Positions 40,368 through 52,214 of a DNA stretch of 64,000 nucleotides are shown here, one piece after another. The translations under genes and the position numbers were made by a program. The stretch comes from Octopus sinensis (Eukaryota). The notes below the pieces were generated by a model. That model searched no databases. It had not been told where the DNA came from and saw only the letters and a list, made by a program, of their open reading frames with translations. The stretch is taken from assembly GCF_006345805.1 (NCBI RefSeq), contig NC_043002.1, positions 44,392,001 through 44,456,000 on the forward strand. Reading direction: 5' to 3'. Position 1 is the stretch's first letter. Each line of letters starts with the position of its first letter.

Positions 40368-41985
40368 GCTTACAGCTAGTTTTTTTTCTTGGGGCTGGCC
40401 GAGTTGGAGCAAATATCAGAATTGAACAGCCGAAATTTGCTATGATGATTCGGTGTCTGACTGAAGATTGAAGGCTTCGAATGATTTGTCTGTGTTCCGG
40501 TTCGTCCCTTCCTGTATTTCACGTTCATTATATAAAAACATTCATTTTATATTATTGCGGCGTTACGTGCACCCCCCCCCCCCGTTTGTTTGTCCAATTT
40601 TAAACCCTGCACGACTTCTATACACACTGTCTTTTACTACCCGCCATTGCTTCTTCACCAAACTTTTTGGGCCCTCCGATTCTTCCCCTCTCTTCCACCC
40701 ATCCTCCTCCCCTCTTCCTCCCATCCTCCTTAATCCCTTCTTTCTCCTTTTCTCTTGGTCACTGATTCTGTCCCCTGCCTTCCACCCTCTTTGATTCCCT
40801 CTCTCTCTGTCTCTCTTTCTCTCTCTCCTGCGACCTGCTGCTTCTTCAACCATCTGTTGGCCTTCGTATCTCGACCAACATGTGTCCCCGCTACCGAAAC
40901 GGTAATTATTTCTACGCCAGCTGCTATGTTGTGTGTTGTTTTGTCTCATTTGGTCTAAAGTCGTATGACAACCACCGTTATATATATTTTGTTTATTCAT
41001 TACTGTTTTCAATTTCGTTTTCGTCTCTTGTATTCACATCCGTCTTGTGCGTTCACATTCCTGTCTTCTACCAAGAAATCTAATGCTTACAGCTTAGTTT
41101 TTTTCTTGGGGCTGGCCGAGAGTTGGAGCAAATATCAGAATTGAACAGCCGAAATTGCTATGATGATTCGGTGTCTGACTGAAGATTGAAGGCTTCGAAT
41201 GATTTGTCTGTGTTCCGTGTTCGTCCCTTCCTGTATTTCACGTTCATTATATATAAAAACATTCATTCTTATATTATTGCGGCGTTACGTGCACCCCCCG
41301 TTTGTTTGTCCAATTTTAAACCCTGCACGACTTCTATACACACTGTCTTTTACTACCCGCCATTGCTTCTTCACCAAACTTTTTGGCGCCCTCCGATTCT
41401 TCCCCTCTCTTCCACCCATCCTCCTCCCCTCTTCCTTCCATCCTCCTTAATCCCTTCTTTCTCCTTTTCTCTTGGTCACTGATTCTGTCCCCTGCCTTCC
41501 ACCCTCTTTGATTCCCTCTCTCTCTGTCTCTCTTTCTCTCTCTCCTGCGACCTGCTGCTTCTTCAACCATTCTGTTGGCCTTCGTATCTCGACCAACATG
41601 TGTCCCCGCTACCGAAACGGTAATTATTTCTACGCCAGCTGCTATGTTGTTGTTGTTTTGTCTCATTTGGTCTAAAGTCGTATGACAACCACCGTTATTT
41701 ATATTTTGTTTATTCATTACTGTTTTCAATTTCGTTTTCGTCTCTTGTATTCACATCCGTCTTGTGCGTTCACATTCCTGTCTTTACCAAGAAATCTAAT
41801 GCTTACAGCTTAGTTTTTTTCTTGGGGCTGGCCGAGTTGGAGCAAATATCAGAATTGAACAGCCGAAATTTGCTATGATGATTCGGTGTCTGACTGAAGA
41901 TTGAAGGCTTCGAATGATTTGTCTGTGTTCCGTGTTCGTCCCTTCCTGTATTTCACGTTCATTATATATAAAAACATTCATTTAT
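40365..41985 (+). repeat. ~717-bp tandem repeat, about 2.3 copies
   Basis: AATGCTTACAG starts at 40365, 41082 and 41798; copies differ mainly by 1-3 bp indels. Confidence 0.95.
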
Positions 41986-42069
41986 ATATATACATACATA
42001 CACACACTCACTGAGCTATATATATAAATATATATATATATATATACATACACATACTCACTCAGCTAC

Positions 42070-42111
<42 letters not shown>

Positions 42112-42299
42112 GTGTGTGTAGCTGTGTAAATGTAATGACAAGCAAGATATGGTACTAGATGTACATAGAATATTAAATACATGTAATAGAAAAATGTACA
42201 TGTATGGATATAAAGTAGTCCAACTTACAATTCAAATATCTTGAGCACTTCGAAGTCTTTTCTATATAGAGAACACCTATCTCTAACCTATAAACTATG

Positions 42300-42344
<45 letters not shown>

Positions 42345-42348
42345 ATAT

Positions 42349-42460
42349 GCGCAGGAGTAGCTGTGTGGTAGGTAGCTTGCTTAACAACCACTTAGACCCA
42401 GGTTCAGTCCGACTGCGGGGCACCTTGGGCAAGTTTCTTCTACTATAGCCTTGGGCCGCC
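42349..42460 (+). mobile_element. SINE family A 5' fragment
   Basis: GCGCAGGAGTAGCTGTGTGGTAGGTAGC…CACCTTGGGCAAGT. Confidence 0.8.
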
Positions 42461-43119
42461 AAAAAAGAAAAAATGTATAAGATACATTATGAAGGACAAT
42501 GTATGTTGATCATACAATGTATGATTATACAGTGAAGGACAAATCTTTCCATTTATAATTACAAATATATGTAGCATTTAGCATATATATATATATTATA
42601 TATATATATATATGTATAACTTATAAGTAAGGGCTAAAGAAAATTATTTGAAATATTTTCTTTAGCCCTTACTTATAAGTTGTTTATAATTTTAACCGTA
42701 AAGGTATTTTAATATGCTGCCACATTTCTTGATGGAATTTTTCTCTGTAGAGAAAAAAACTTCATCCTATATTAGTAGTAGTATATATATATATAGTGGT
42801 ATAAATATCAACACAATTATTTCTTCCCTTCTCCAACGACACCCCTTCCAGAACTCACAGGCACCCCCCCCAACACACACACACTCACACAAAACAATAA
42901 TAAAAAGAATTCCAGACAAGTTTTCTTTTCTAAAAACAAAAAAAGCATTTGACCATACCTCCTTAAACACACACACACACACACACACTCTCTCTCTCTC
43001 ACAAGACAATGATAAAAAGGAAATATAATTTATGTTCTACCTTCCCTCCCCTTCCTTTCTTTTCTTCTTTTTCTAACACTTCCTACGGATACAAAAACAC
43101 ACACACACACGCACACACA

Positions 43120-43393
43120 CACATCCTCTCTCTCACTGTCTCCCCATTCATCACCCTCTTGTACTCTCTTATGTCCCTCCCCGCCAATACACACTCAATA
43201 ACACTATAAAATGGTCAAAACTTAAATTCGTTTCCCCAGGATCTTAGAACCCCCTTGGAGTAAACATCCTGACCAACTAACCAGCAAAACAATTGTTTCT
43301 TCTTCCCTCTCTCCCTTTTCTCCCTTCCCCTCTTTTTCTTTAACACTTCTTCCAAATACAAGAACACACACACGCGCACACACACACACACAT

Positions 43394-43473
<80 letters not shown>

Positions 43474-43560
43474 ACTTTCTCCCCATTCATCACCCTCTTA
43501 TACTCTCTTATGTCCCTCCCCACCACTACACACTCAATAACCCTATAAAATGGTCAAAAT
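43120..43560 (+). repeat. ~95-bp local direct duplication flanking (CA)/(CT)n runs
   Basis: CTCCCCATTCATCACCCTCTT…CTATAAAATGGTCAAAA at about 43125-43220 and 43470-43560. Confidence 0.8.
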
Positions 43561-43732
43561 TTTTTCATAGGAACTTAGTTCGATTTGCAAACCCCACTAG
43601 AATGGGAGAAAGCGCTAATATATGATCTAAGTTATATGATGTATAAAAACATGTAATATACAAATAAATATCTGTAAATAATATAAAACCATCCGAATTT
43701 CTGAATACCTCATTTCTTCTAATATATATATA

Positions 43733-43915
43733 TCGCGGAGGATCGCGGTTTCGATTCCCAGACCGGGCGTCGTGTGTGTTTATTGAGCGAAAACACCTAA
43801 AAGCTCCACGAGGCTCCGGAAGGGGATGGTGGTGATCCATGCTGTACTCTTTCACCACTCTAAAGGCGGTGCTCCAGCATGGCTGCAGTCAAATGACTGA
43901 AACAAGTACAAAAAA
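43733..43915 (+). mobile_element. Chimeric SINE: family D head fused to family A tail
   Basis: GGATCGCGGTTTCGATTCCCAGACCGGGCG… switches near 43860 to AAAGGCGGTGCTCCAGCATGGCTGCAGTCAAATGACTGAAAC. Confidence 0.75.
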
Positions 43916-44519
43916 ATAAAAAATAAAAAAAATATATATATTATTTTATTATATAGAAGGAGCTTCTACAGGACTAGAACTGTTTCATTGGCATTTATAC
44001 ATTTAGGCAGGTTTAAGAGAATAAAAATGTGTGTGCATGTATATGCATGTGTATATATGTGTGTATGTATATATATGTGCGAGTGTGTATACATATATGT
44101 ATATATATGTATGTATATGTGTATCTGTGTGTACGTACATGGGTATGTGTATATATATGTCTGTGTATGTATATGTATATGTATATGTATGTGTATGTAT
44201 GTATGTATATATATATATGTATGTATATGTGGGTATGTATGTATATGTATAGATATATGTGAATATGTGGGGTGTATATATATGTATATAATATATATAT
44301 GCAGATGTAACAAGTGAGAGTCTCCTTACGTACCTAAAACTCTTTTTTTATTATTTTTTTATTCTTTTATTTATTCTTTTATCTACATTACCACCGATTC
44401 CTTTGACCACTCCCCTAATAATGACAGTTTTGCGCCATGCCTACCCCCCAAAAAGTCCCCCACCACCACCCATTTAAACCTGCCTAAATGTATAAATGCC
44501 AAAACAACTCTTGTCTACT

Positions 44520-44570
44520 AGCTTCCTGATGATTTCTTTTGAATGAAACAGTTCTAGTCCTGTAGAAGCT
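44520..44570 (+). ncRNA. Type I hammerhead ribozyme motif
   Basis: AGCUUC-CUGAUGA-(U)UUC-UUUU-GAA(U)-GAAA-CAG-UUCUAGUC-CUG-UA-GAAGCU. Stem I has 6 bp, stem III 4 bp, stem II is weak, cleavage triplet GUA. Confidence 0.7.
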
Positions 44571-44895
44571 CCTTCTATATAATAAATTAATTTACTCTGC
44601 TATGTATTGAGTACCTTATTTACTGTGGTTAGCTCCGACTCAACCCGGGACCTCCATATATATATATTATATATACAGAAAGAGAGAGGGAGGGGTTATG
44701 GTGTCAATAAGACGTGCTATGGACAGACTATAGTTAAGCTCCAGGTTCGGTGATTATGCGAATAAAGAGTCCAACTAATAATGGATCTACAGATGCAATA
44801 TCCCTGTATATCTCACGTCTATTTTCATTCCTTCACTTCTGTTTCCACTTCATATCTTATCTAAAATAACTATCGGTTAACCATTTTCTCACACC

Positions 44896-44943
44896 GTCTC
44901 CAATGAAAGGATATATAAAATATCCCGGAAATAGCTGTAAGAC
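44896..44943 (+). ncRNA. Degenerate hammerhead motif in a PLE-type tail
   Basis: GUCU-CCAAUGA-…GGAUAU/AUAUCC…-GAAA-UAGCUGUA-AGAC; core mutated from CUGAUGA. Confidence 0.45.
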
Positions 44944-44998
44944 CTTCTATTTATAAATTTTCTAAAATCTTTCACACCCTTGGATTTTTATCTCATTC

Positions 44999-45050
<52 letters not shown>

Positions 45051-45053
<3 letters not shown>

Positions 45054-45251
45054 CAAGGAAAATTGTAAAAATGCAGAATGCTAATTGAAAGAAAATTTTA
45101 ATGAAATGAGAAATTGATAAATAATATATATATATATTTTTTATATAAAAAATATAAAATAAATATATATTTATATATTTTATCAATTTCTCATTTCATT
45201 AAAATTTTCTTTCAATTTAGCATTCTGCATTTTTACAATTTTTCCTTGCTT
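45051..45251. repeat. Near-perfect fold-back (~72-bp arms, AT-rich spacer)
   Basis: AAGCAAGGAAAATTG…GAAATTGATAAA is mirrored by TTTATCAATTTC…CAATTTTCCTTGCTT with one indel. Confidence 0.9.
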
Positions 45252-45317
45252 ATCATTTCTCCACGTGCGGTCAACACAACCCCACCATTTATTGATCTAT
45301 ATATATTACTCTTTACG

Positions 45318-45520
45318 CTTTTTATTTGTTTCAGTCATTTGACTACGGCCGTGCTGGAGCACTGTCTTTTGTCGAACAAATCGACCCCAGAGCTTATTCT
45401 TTGTAAGCCTAGTACTTATTCTATTGGTCTCTTTGGCTGAACCGCTAAGTTACGGGGGACGTAGACACACCAGCATCGTTTGTCAAGCGATGTTGTGGGA
45501 ACAAACACTGACACACAAAT
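45318..45520 (-). mobile_element. SINE family A 3' half
   Basis: TTTCAGTCATTTGACT…CTTATTCTTTGTAAGCC…GAACCGCTAAG matches family A. Confidence 0.85.
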
Positions 45521-45563
45521 ATTGACACATATCTACACAAACATTTACGCACATACATACATG

Positions 45564-45606
<43 letters not shown>

Positions 45607-46289
45607 GTATATATCCGAATGAGGGCACTCAACAAATTTATTAGGGTTACATGTATGGAACGAAACAGTTTGATTCAAATTTGCTCGTAGTCTTGGTGAT
45701 TCAAATTCGTTGGTAGCGTAATGCTAGTCTTCAGCCTGTTTGCATTTGAATGACGCAAGTAAAGTGGGATGCTATTGGTCAAGGAATATCATGCGGTGTC
45801 GTAGTTTGATGTTCGTCTATCGGTAACAGTTAGTTGGAAAATACAGCATGGTGAGTAAGAAATCGAGTGCGTGGTGGACAGAAAATCGGTCAAGTTTTTG
45901 GAAAGGAAGTAGGAAGGTATGTGCAAGTATATATTTGTATACGTGGGTGTGTAGACGCACTCATATGGTTTTGCGTGCATGCCTATATTGGCGCAAGCGT
46001 GCGCATCTTTACAAGTCGTACACCTGTATGCCCCCCCACACACACACACACAAACACATATATGAATGAACATGCGTGCGCACACACCCTTACACATGCA
46101 TACATACACATACATACACATGTACGTACACACATGCGTATTCGTTTATATATACATTTATAGGTACATTCACTTATATGTACACATATATATATACGCA
46201 TGCATGCACTCATGTACGCATGCATATCAGTGTGCATGTACACACGCAAGCGCACGCATGCATGAGTATACATGCGCATAAGCCTTGGA

Positions 46290-46740
46290 GATTGGCGCTC
46301 CTGCTCATGGGGGGTTGGTGGCGGTATCCTTGGTGCAGGTGGTGTAGAGTAGTAGCTAGTACTATGGCATATCCGGGTTGTCGAAGGCAGAGGCTTGAAA
46401 TCTGCAAGAAGGGCATACCTCTGTTGACTGCAATAAGATAAATCGTATTTCTTGTTGATGGATCCTGCGGGTTGTTGGAGGACATACAGTTTTTCGGGGA
46501 ACCTGAGCTGGCTGTTGGGGGTGCCCGGTGAATATAGTGACGCTTTTCTGACATTAGTCTACTTGATGTTGGGTGTTTCGTCTCGGAGCTCACGGAGTCT
46601 CCAGAGAAAACGAGAGCATATACGAGGAGCATCTTCCCTTAAAGTCATTAGCTGGCATACGCGTATAGTGCTTAGTACGCTATCTGATCGTGTAAGGGTG
46701 ACTCTGTAATCTACGGCCCTTGAGAGGCAGGATCCTTCTG
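46290..46740 (-). mobile_element. Penelope-like GIY-YIG domain remnant
   Basis: CLSRAVDYRVTL…FLWRLRE…NIK*T.VRKASLYSPG…EKLYVL…INKK resembles the PLE endonuclease C-terminal half. Confidence 0.6.
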
Positions 46741-47248
46741 TTGCCCCTTTAATGTTTACAAAACAGTGCCATGAATGCGTCTAATATGTAAATTGATATA
46801 TCCAATAACAACACTGCTGTATGCGGTTAGTTATATAACCAATGTGTTCAAAATATAGAAATGAGTTAGATGCATGCTGATGAAGGGGCAGCAATCTCTG
46901 ATGTATGGCATATACACCCATTATACACTTTGGTCTCAAATCTCATTCGTCTCTGACGTCTCGATGCGAAACGTGGTAGCAAAAATCAGTGCTGGTTATA
47001 GTTTCTATAGAAGATCTTTATGTTTATATTTTTATTGTAGACCATCTATAATAATAATAATAATAATAATAATTACGTTTATATATTTGTTTTGCCACAA
47101 TTTCATGTGAAATCGTGTGTTCAAACGGATATTGTTGCATTTAGGAATGGTCATTTTGCCAGTTTAGCCAATAAAAACACGCACTATATATTCGGTGTTA
47201 CTTTGCTTCAGAGTTATTCATTTTTTACATTAATCTTAATCTTCTTTC

Positions 47249-47292
47249 GGCCAGAGTTTTTTAGTCACACTCCTGTGACCTCGTCAGTGGCC
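47249..47292 (-). ncRNA. Degenerate hammerhead motif (GAAA changed to AAAA)
   Basis: GGCCA-CUGACGA-GGUCAC-AGGAGU-GUGACU-AAAAAAC-UC-UGGCC. Stems I and II pair well; the conserved G12 is missing. Confidence 0.5.
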
Positions 47293-47364
47293 TTTGGTTT
47301 CTTCTTTCTTATTTGTATGTCTCTCCTTCCTAACGGTCAGGTAAGTAGGAGTGTGAATGTAAGC

Positions 47365-47429
<65 letters not shown>

Positions 47430-47436
<7 letters not shown>

Positions 47437-47650
47437 TTTTTTATTTTTTTTAGTATGTGACCTCGTGAAGACTACCTGCAATTTTTTTTTCCTCTGTCCT
47501 CCCGTCTCGGGATCTTTCTTTCTCCTATGTTTCCGACGAAGAGCTCCGCTCGAAACGTCATACCCTCCATCTTCCATTTTCCTGAGCGCCTAATAAAATA
47601 ATACTGTAATTGTTCCACGTGTTGTTGTTTTTTCTGTTTTCCCGTTTGGA
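47430..47650 (+). mobile_element. PLE-type tail with hammerhead-like core
   Basis: CCGACGAAGAGCTCCGCTCGAAACGTC at about 47533-47559; stem I is poorly paired. Confidence 0.55.
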
Positions 47651-47657
47651 TTAACCT

Positions 47658-47729
<72 letters not shown>

Positions 47730-47752
47730 TATATATATATTATATATATATC

Positions 47753-47796
<44 letters not shown>

Positions 47797-47807
47797 TAAT
47801 ATATATA

Positions 47808-47846
<39 letters not shown>

Positions 47847-47858
47847 CGTAGATATAGG

Positions 47859-47890
<32 letters not shown>

Positions 47891-48016
47891 GAATATATAT
47901 ATATATCATATATAACGGATAATATCTATATGCATTTGTATATATTATATATATATAGATTATTATATATACATATATATATATACATATATATTATATA
48001 TAGTATATATATATGT

Positions 48017-48067
<51 letters not shown>

Positions 48068-48168
48068 GTATATTTATATGTATATCTAAATATATATGTA
48101 TTATATTATGTGTATGTGCGTGCAAATACCTATGTGTCTACGAGGATAAAGTTGCGTGCACATATATA

Positions 48169-49795
48169 CAGTTGCGGCCAAAATATTCAGAACAGCATTG
48201 TTTTCGTCAGAAAAGTAGGTATAAGTTTTTATCAAAGTTGTTTTATATTCTATAATTTTCACAGACAATAAATACGATATTAATTGCTAATTTCCCAGAT
48301 TTTGGTGTAATTTGAGAGGATAATACGAATATATAGATGATTTAGTGATTTACTGCAAAACCCATGGCGGCAAAATGATCAGAACGGTTGCTTTTACTCC
48401 GTGTTTTAATATATTGAACTGGCGAACTCTAATGTTTTGAATTTGTTTACGGGACGGTTCGTTTACTAAACATTAGTAAGAATATCTGCAGTGCACTTTG
48501 TTAATATAATGCCACTTACTCCGTTACCAATTCGTCAAAAGATTATTAAGCTTCGAAAGAAGGATAATTTAAGTATTGGGTCTATTGCAAAGATTATTAA
48601 CAAGTCAAAAAGAGTTGTGCACGGTATTCTTAAGGTCTACGATGATTGTGGTTCGTGTGAAGCAAGACAGTCTACAGGTAGGCCAAGAAAAACGACCAAG
48701 AGAGAAGATCGTGCTATGGTAAAGTTGGTTAAAAAGGACATATTTAAAACTGCTGCTGCTGTTTCTCGGGAAATGAGCATTGTACTGAAGAAAACTTTAT
48801 CTCGAAAAACTGTGTCTCGTCGTTTAGTTGAACATGACCTACAAGCAAGAGCACCTGCAGTGAAGCCACTGATCAGCTCCAAGAATAAAAAGTTTCATCT
48901 TACCTTTGCAACCGAACATGTGTTGTGGTCTCAAGAAAAATGGCAATCGGTGCATTTCAGTGACGAATCTAAGTTTATGTTATTTGGCTCAGATAGGAAA
49001 AGGTACGTTCGTAAAACAGGAGGTGAAAAATTGCCGCCTAAATGCCTTAAGACTAGTGTTAAATTCGGTGGAGGAAGTGTCATGGTTTGGGGAATGATAT
49101 CTGGAGATGGTGTGGGCCCTTTGGTGCGATTACGTGGAAAGCTAAATGCAGGAGTTTATAAACAACTTGTAAAAAATCATGTCTTGCCTGTGCTAAGAAA
49201 TTCAACTAAGCGACCACCCATATTTATGCAGGACAATGCCCCATGTCACAAAGCTAAGGTGGCCATGAACTTCCTCAAGGCTGAAAAGGTTATTGTTATG
49301 GATTGGCCTGCTCAAAGCCCAGATCTCAATCCTATTTAAAATGTGTGGAATATTCTAAGAGAAAGTTCGAAAGCCAGAAATCCTAAAACAACTGAGCAAA
49401 TATGGAATGCCTTTCAGGAAGAATAGAATAAGATCACCCAGCAAGAAATTGAAAATTTAATTTCCTCATACAGTTGAAGACGTCAAAGTGTGATTGAAGC
49501 TAAAAGGCTTCACACTAAATATTAAATAATTCCAGTATTCTCTGTCATTTTTGATTATTTTGTTATTTTTTCAACCGTTCTGATCATTTTGGCCGCCATG
49601 GGTTTTGCAGTAAATCATTAAATCATCCATAACTTTTGTATTATCTTCTCAAATTACACGAAAATCTTAGATAATAACAATTAATATTGTCTTTATTGTC
49701 TGTGAAAATTATAGAATATAAAACAACTTTGATAAAAACTTATACCTACTGTTCTGACGAAAAACAAGCCGTTCTGAACATTTTGGCCGCAACTG
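48169..49795 (+). mobile_element. Full-length Tc1-like transposon with long IR/DR-type TIRs
   Basis: CAGTTGCGGCCAAAA…TTTTGGCCGCAACTG flanked by TA; ~225-bp TIRs with an inner repeat (GGCGGCAAAATGATCAGAACGG) of the terminal motif; 1627 bp. Confidence 0.95.
48509..49525 (+). pseudogene. Tc1 DD34E transposase, no frameshift, three nonsense codons
   Basis: 339 codons; GRPRKTT, FSDESKF, FMQDNAPCH, WPAQSPDLNPI*. Stops at 49337, 49424 and 49475. Confidence 0.95.
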
Positions 49796-49799
49796 TATA

Positions 49800-49876
<77 letters not shown>

Positions 49877-49877
<1 letters not shown>

Positions 49878-51024
49878 TAGCATTAAAGACCCGTCGTTGC
49901 CGGGTCATAGTGCTAGTGCATGTATATATGTGTATATATATGTGTACATATTACATGTACAACTATATATATATACATCTACACATAAAATACAAAATAC
50001 AAAGTTATATCTTGATATCGCTAGTGATAACAATACTCAAAATATATAACAGACTAGAATTGTTAGCCCGTCTCTTGTAATTTCGATCAATTGTATCTTG
50101 TCCTCCCTCTTGTATAGAAGTGTGGCTACAATCCAGCCTACCTCTACTTCTGGGTTTGGGGATTTTAAATTCTTTTCCGGGATGTCCTACGTCCCAGATA
50201 TAAAGGTAAATGTAAAATATGTCCACTTTGCAAGTTCGAGTCGAGTACTCCCTTGCACGCTCCGTTGACTTGAAACTTGCTTCTATTGTGGCGAACTTAC
50301 CGCCTCTGATTACATACCTTTCATAGTCGCACCAAGACACTTTTCGAAGGTGCTTTCCTTCAGGTGTTCAAATCTTCTATTTTCTCTACATTGTATACTT
50401 TATAGACAATAGGCTTTTCTTTAATTTAATTTTTTTATTATCAATCTGGACTATTGCATATCTGCACGCTAATTTTATTTTTAATTTATTCCCATTCATG
50501 TGAAACCACTTATTCAAGTTCAAGTCATTGATGCAATTTTATACCAATTGCTATTTTTACTTTTGTTATGTTACGATTATATTATACTTTAGTTTGATTT
50601 TAATTATTACTTATTTTTATTGTTAAAGTGAAAGTATCTGACATAAAATAGAGAAACGTTTTTGTTTCACTTTTAACACGTAATACTGAAATAGTGGAGA
50701 AGATATGATATTGCTATGGGCTCGCTCTAGGCAAGGAGTTGAACATTTTTTTTTGCCCATGAAATTACATGGACCCTAAGTAAGGCATGTGTAAAATTTG
50801 AATGGAATTGGTTGTGTAGTCCTCAAGTTTTAGGGAATCGTAGTGGAGAAGATATGATATTGCTGTGGGCTCGCCCTAGGCAAAAAGTTCAAAATTATTT
50901 TTGCCGATGACACTTCCCGGACTCTAAGTAATGCATGTATAAAATTTGAATGAAATTGGTTGTGTAGTTCTCAAGTTTTAGGGAAACAGACAGACACAGA
51001 TTCTCAGTTTTATATATATAAAGA
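49877..51024 (-). mobile_element. Putative non-autonomous composite Helitron
   Basis: Minus strand A|TC at 51024; two 149-bp subrepeats (50692, 50841); GACCCG/CGGGTC hairpin 7 nt from a terminal CTAG|T at 49877. Confidence 0.55.
50050..50390 (-). pseudogene. Tx1-like ORF1 fragment
   Basis: GGKFATIEASFKSTERA…LPLYLGRRT…PEVEVGWIVATLL aligns by eye with RRYATVVAYFKNEENA…LPTYMGRRT…PEINVIWIISALL in the 3.5-3.7 kb ORF1. Confidence 0.65.
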
Positions 51025-51269
51025 TAGATATATATATATACATGTGTGTGTAGATAGGTGTGCATGTTTGAGTACGTACATGCTCATATATGTGTGTGTG
51101 TATATGTGCATGTACGTCTACAGGTTTCGAGAGTCTGTATGTATGTAGACGTTATGAACGCAGGAGCTTTATGTCTATATATTGTGAGAATATTGTTACG
51201 TGTATTTTTTCATTTTTTCTTTTTCTACCTATTAGAATAACTCCCTTTTTATTCAACGGTTTTTCATAG

Positions 51270-51383
51270 CATCTATTGTCATTAATAGCAGACGACGAGA
51301 ATGTATCGTAGCTCTTCGCTCCGACATTCGAAACTCTGATTACTATAATGACAGCTTACTGTTTGTTCTAAATCATAACATAT
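51270..51383 (+). CDS. Candidate coding exon, paralog 2
   Basis: AACGGTTTTTCATAG acceptor; SIVINSRRRECIVALRSDIRNSDYYNDSLLFVLNHNI; same phase and spacing as 31958-32071. Confidence 0.5.
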
Positions 51384-51749
51384 ATGAATATATATATATA
51401 TATATATATATAGACATATTAATATAAATATATATTGTATATATATATATATATGCACATGTATACATACGTTCACAAATACATATGTATACATATTACA
51501 TAGGTACATACACACATACATACATACATATATACATACATATATATATGTATATATATATATATATATGGAGAGAGAGATACATATGTGTTTATGTATG
51601 TTTATATATTTATGAGTTTGTATGTATGTGTATTATATATATGAAAATGCCTTTTGTTCTCATGATGTTGCTGTTTTGTAATTGTCCTGAAGTTTGAATA
51701 ATAATTATATAGATTTGATTTTCTCATCAATTTATTCACATCAATAGCT

Positions 51750-51960
51750 TACCTGGCTTTATCTTTGTTCGGTGTGTCGCCCATCTCTCTGTTCTCTTTG
51801 TAACGCGTATGTTTTGAAGGAATTCTTTTCTTGATAGAATTTGGTTAGAACGTTGAAAATACCAATTGTGATATGTTCTAAGTAATTCTGTTTTCCAAAT
51901 TGGCCTGGTAGTCATACGCTTGAGGGGTGTTTTATTGAGACACATACTTGCGCATCAACC
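51750..51960. repeat. Solo copy of the 211-bp core found inside the fold-back elements
   Basis: Matches 53125-53335 and 53912-54122 with one substitution seen by eye. Confidence 0.95.
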
Positions 51961-52070
51961 GCATCATTTTATATAAGTTTACTCATACAAAAGCACACAC
52001 ACAAACATACACTCTCTCTCCCTCATTCTCAGCCTCAAACACGCTCACACATTCATATATATTATATATA

Positions 52071-52114
<44 letters not shown>

Positions 52115-52121
52115 TATATAT

Positions 52122-52206
<85 letters not shown>

Positions 52207-52214
<8 letters not shown>

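Noticed and set aside
40455-40490. CTGAAGA…TTCGAAT in the 717-bp repeat as a ribozyme
   Set aside because: GAAT instead of GAAA and no stem I pairing.
46870-46980. Two hammerhead-like fragments (CTGATGAAGGGG…; CTGACG…CGAAACGT)
   Set aside because: Each lacks part of the core or paired stems; too degenerate to call.
47144-47340. Open frame ending at a strong CAG|GTAAGT donor
   Set aside because: Overlaps an antisense PLE tail; the hydrophobic content reflects T-richness.
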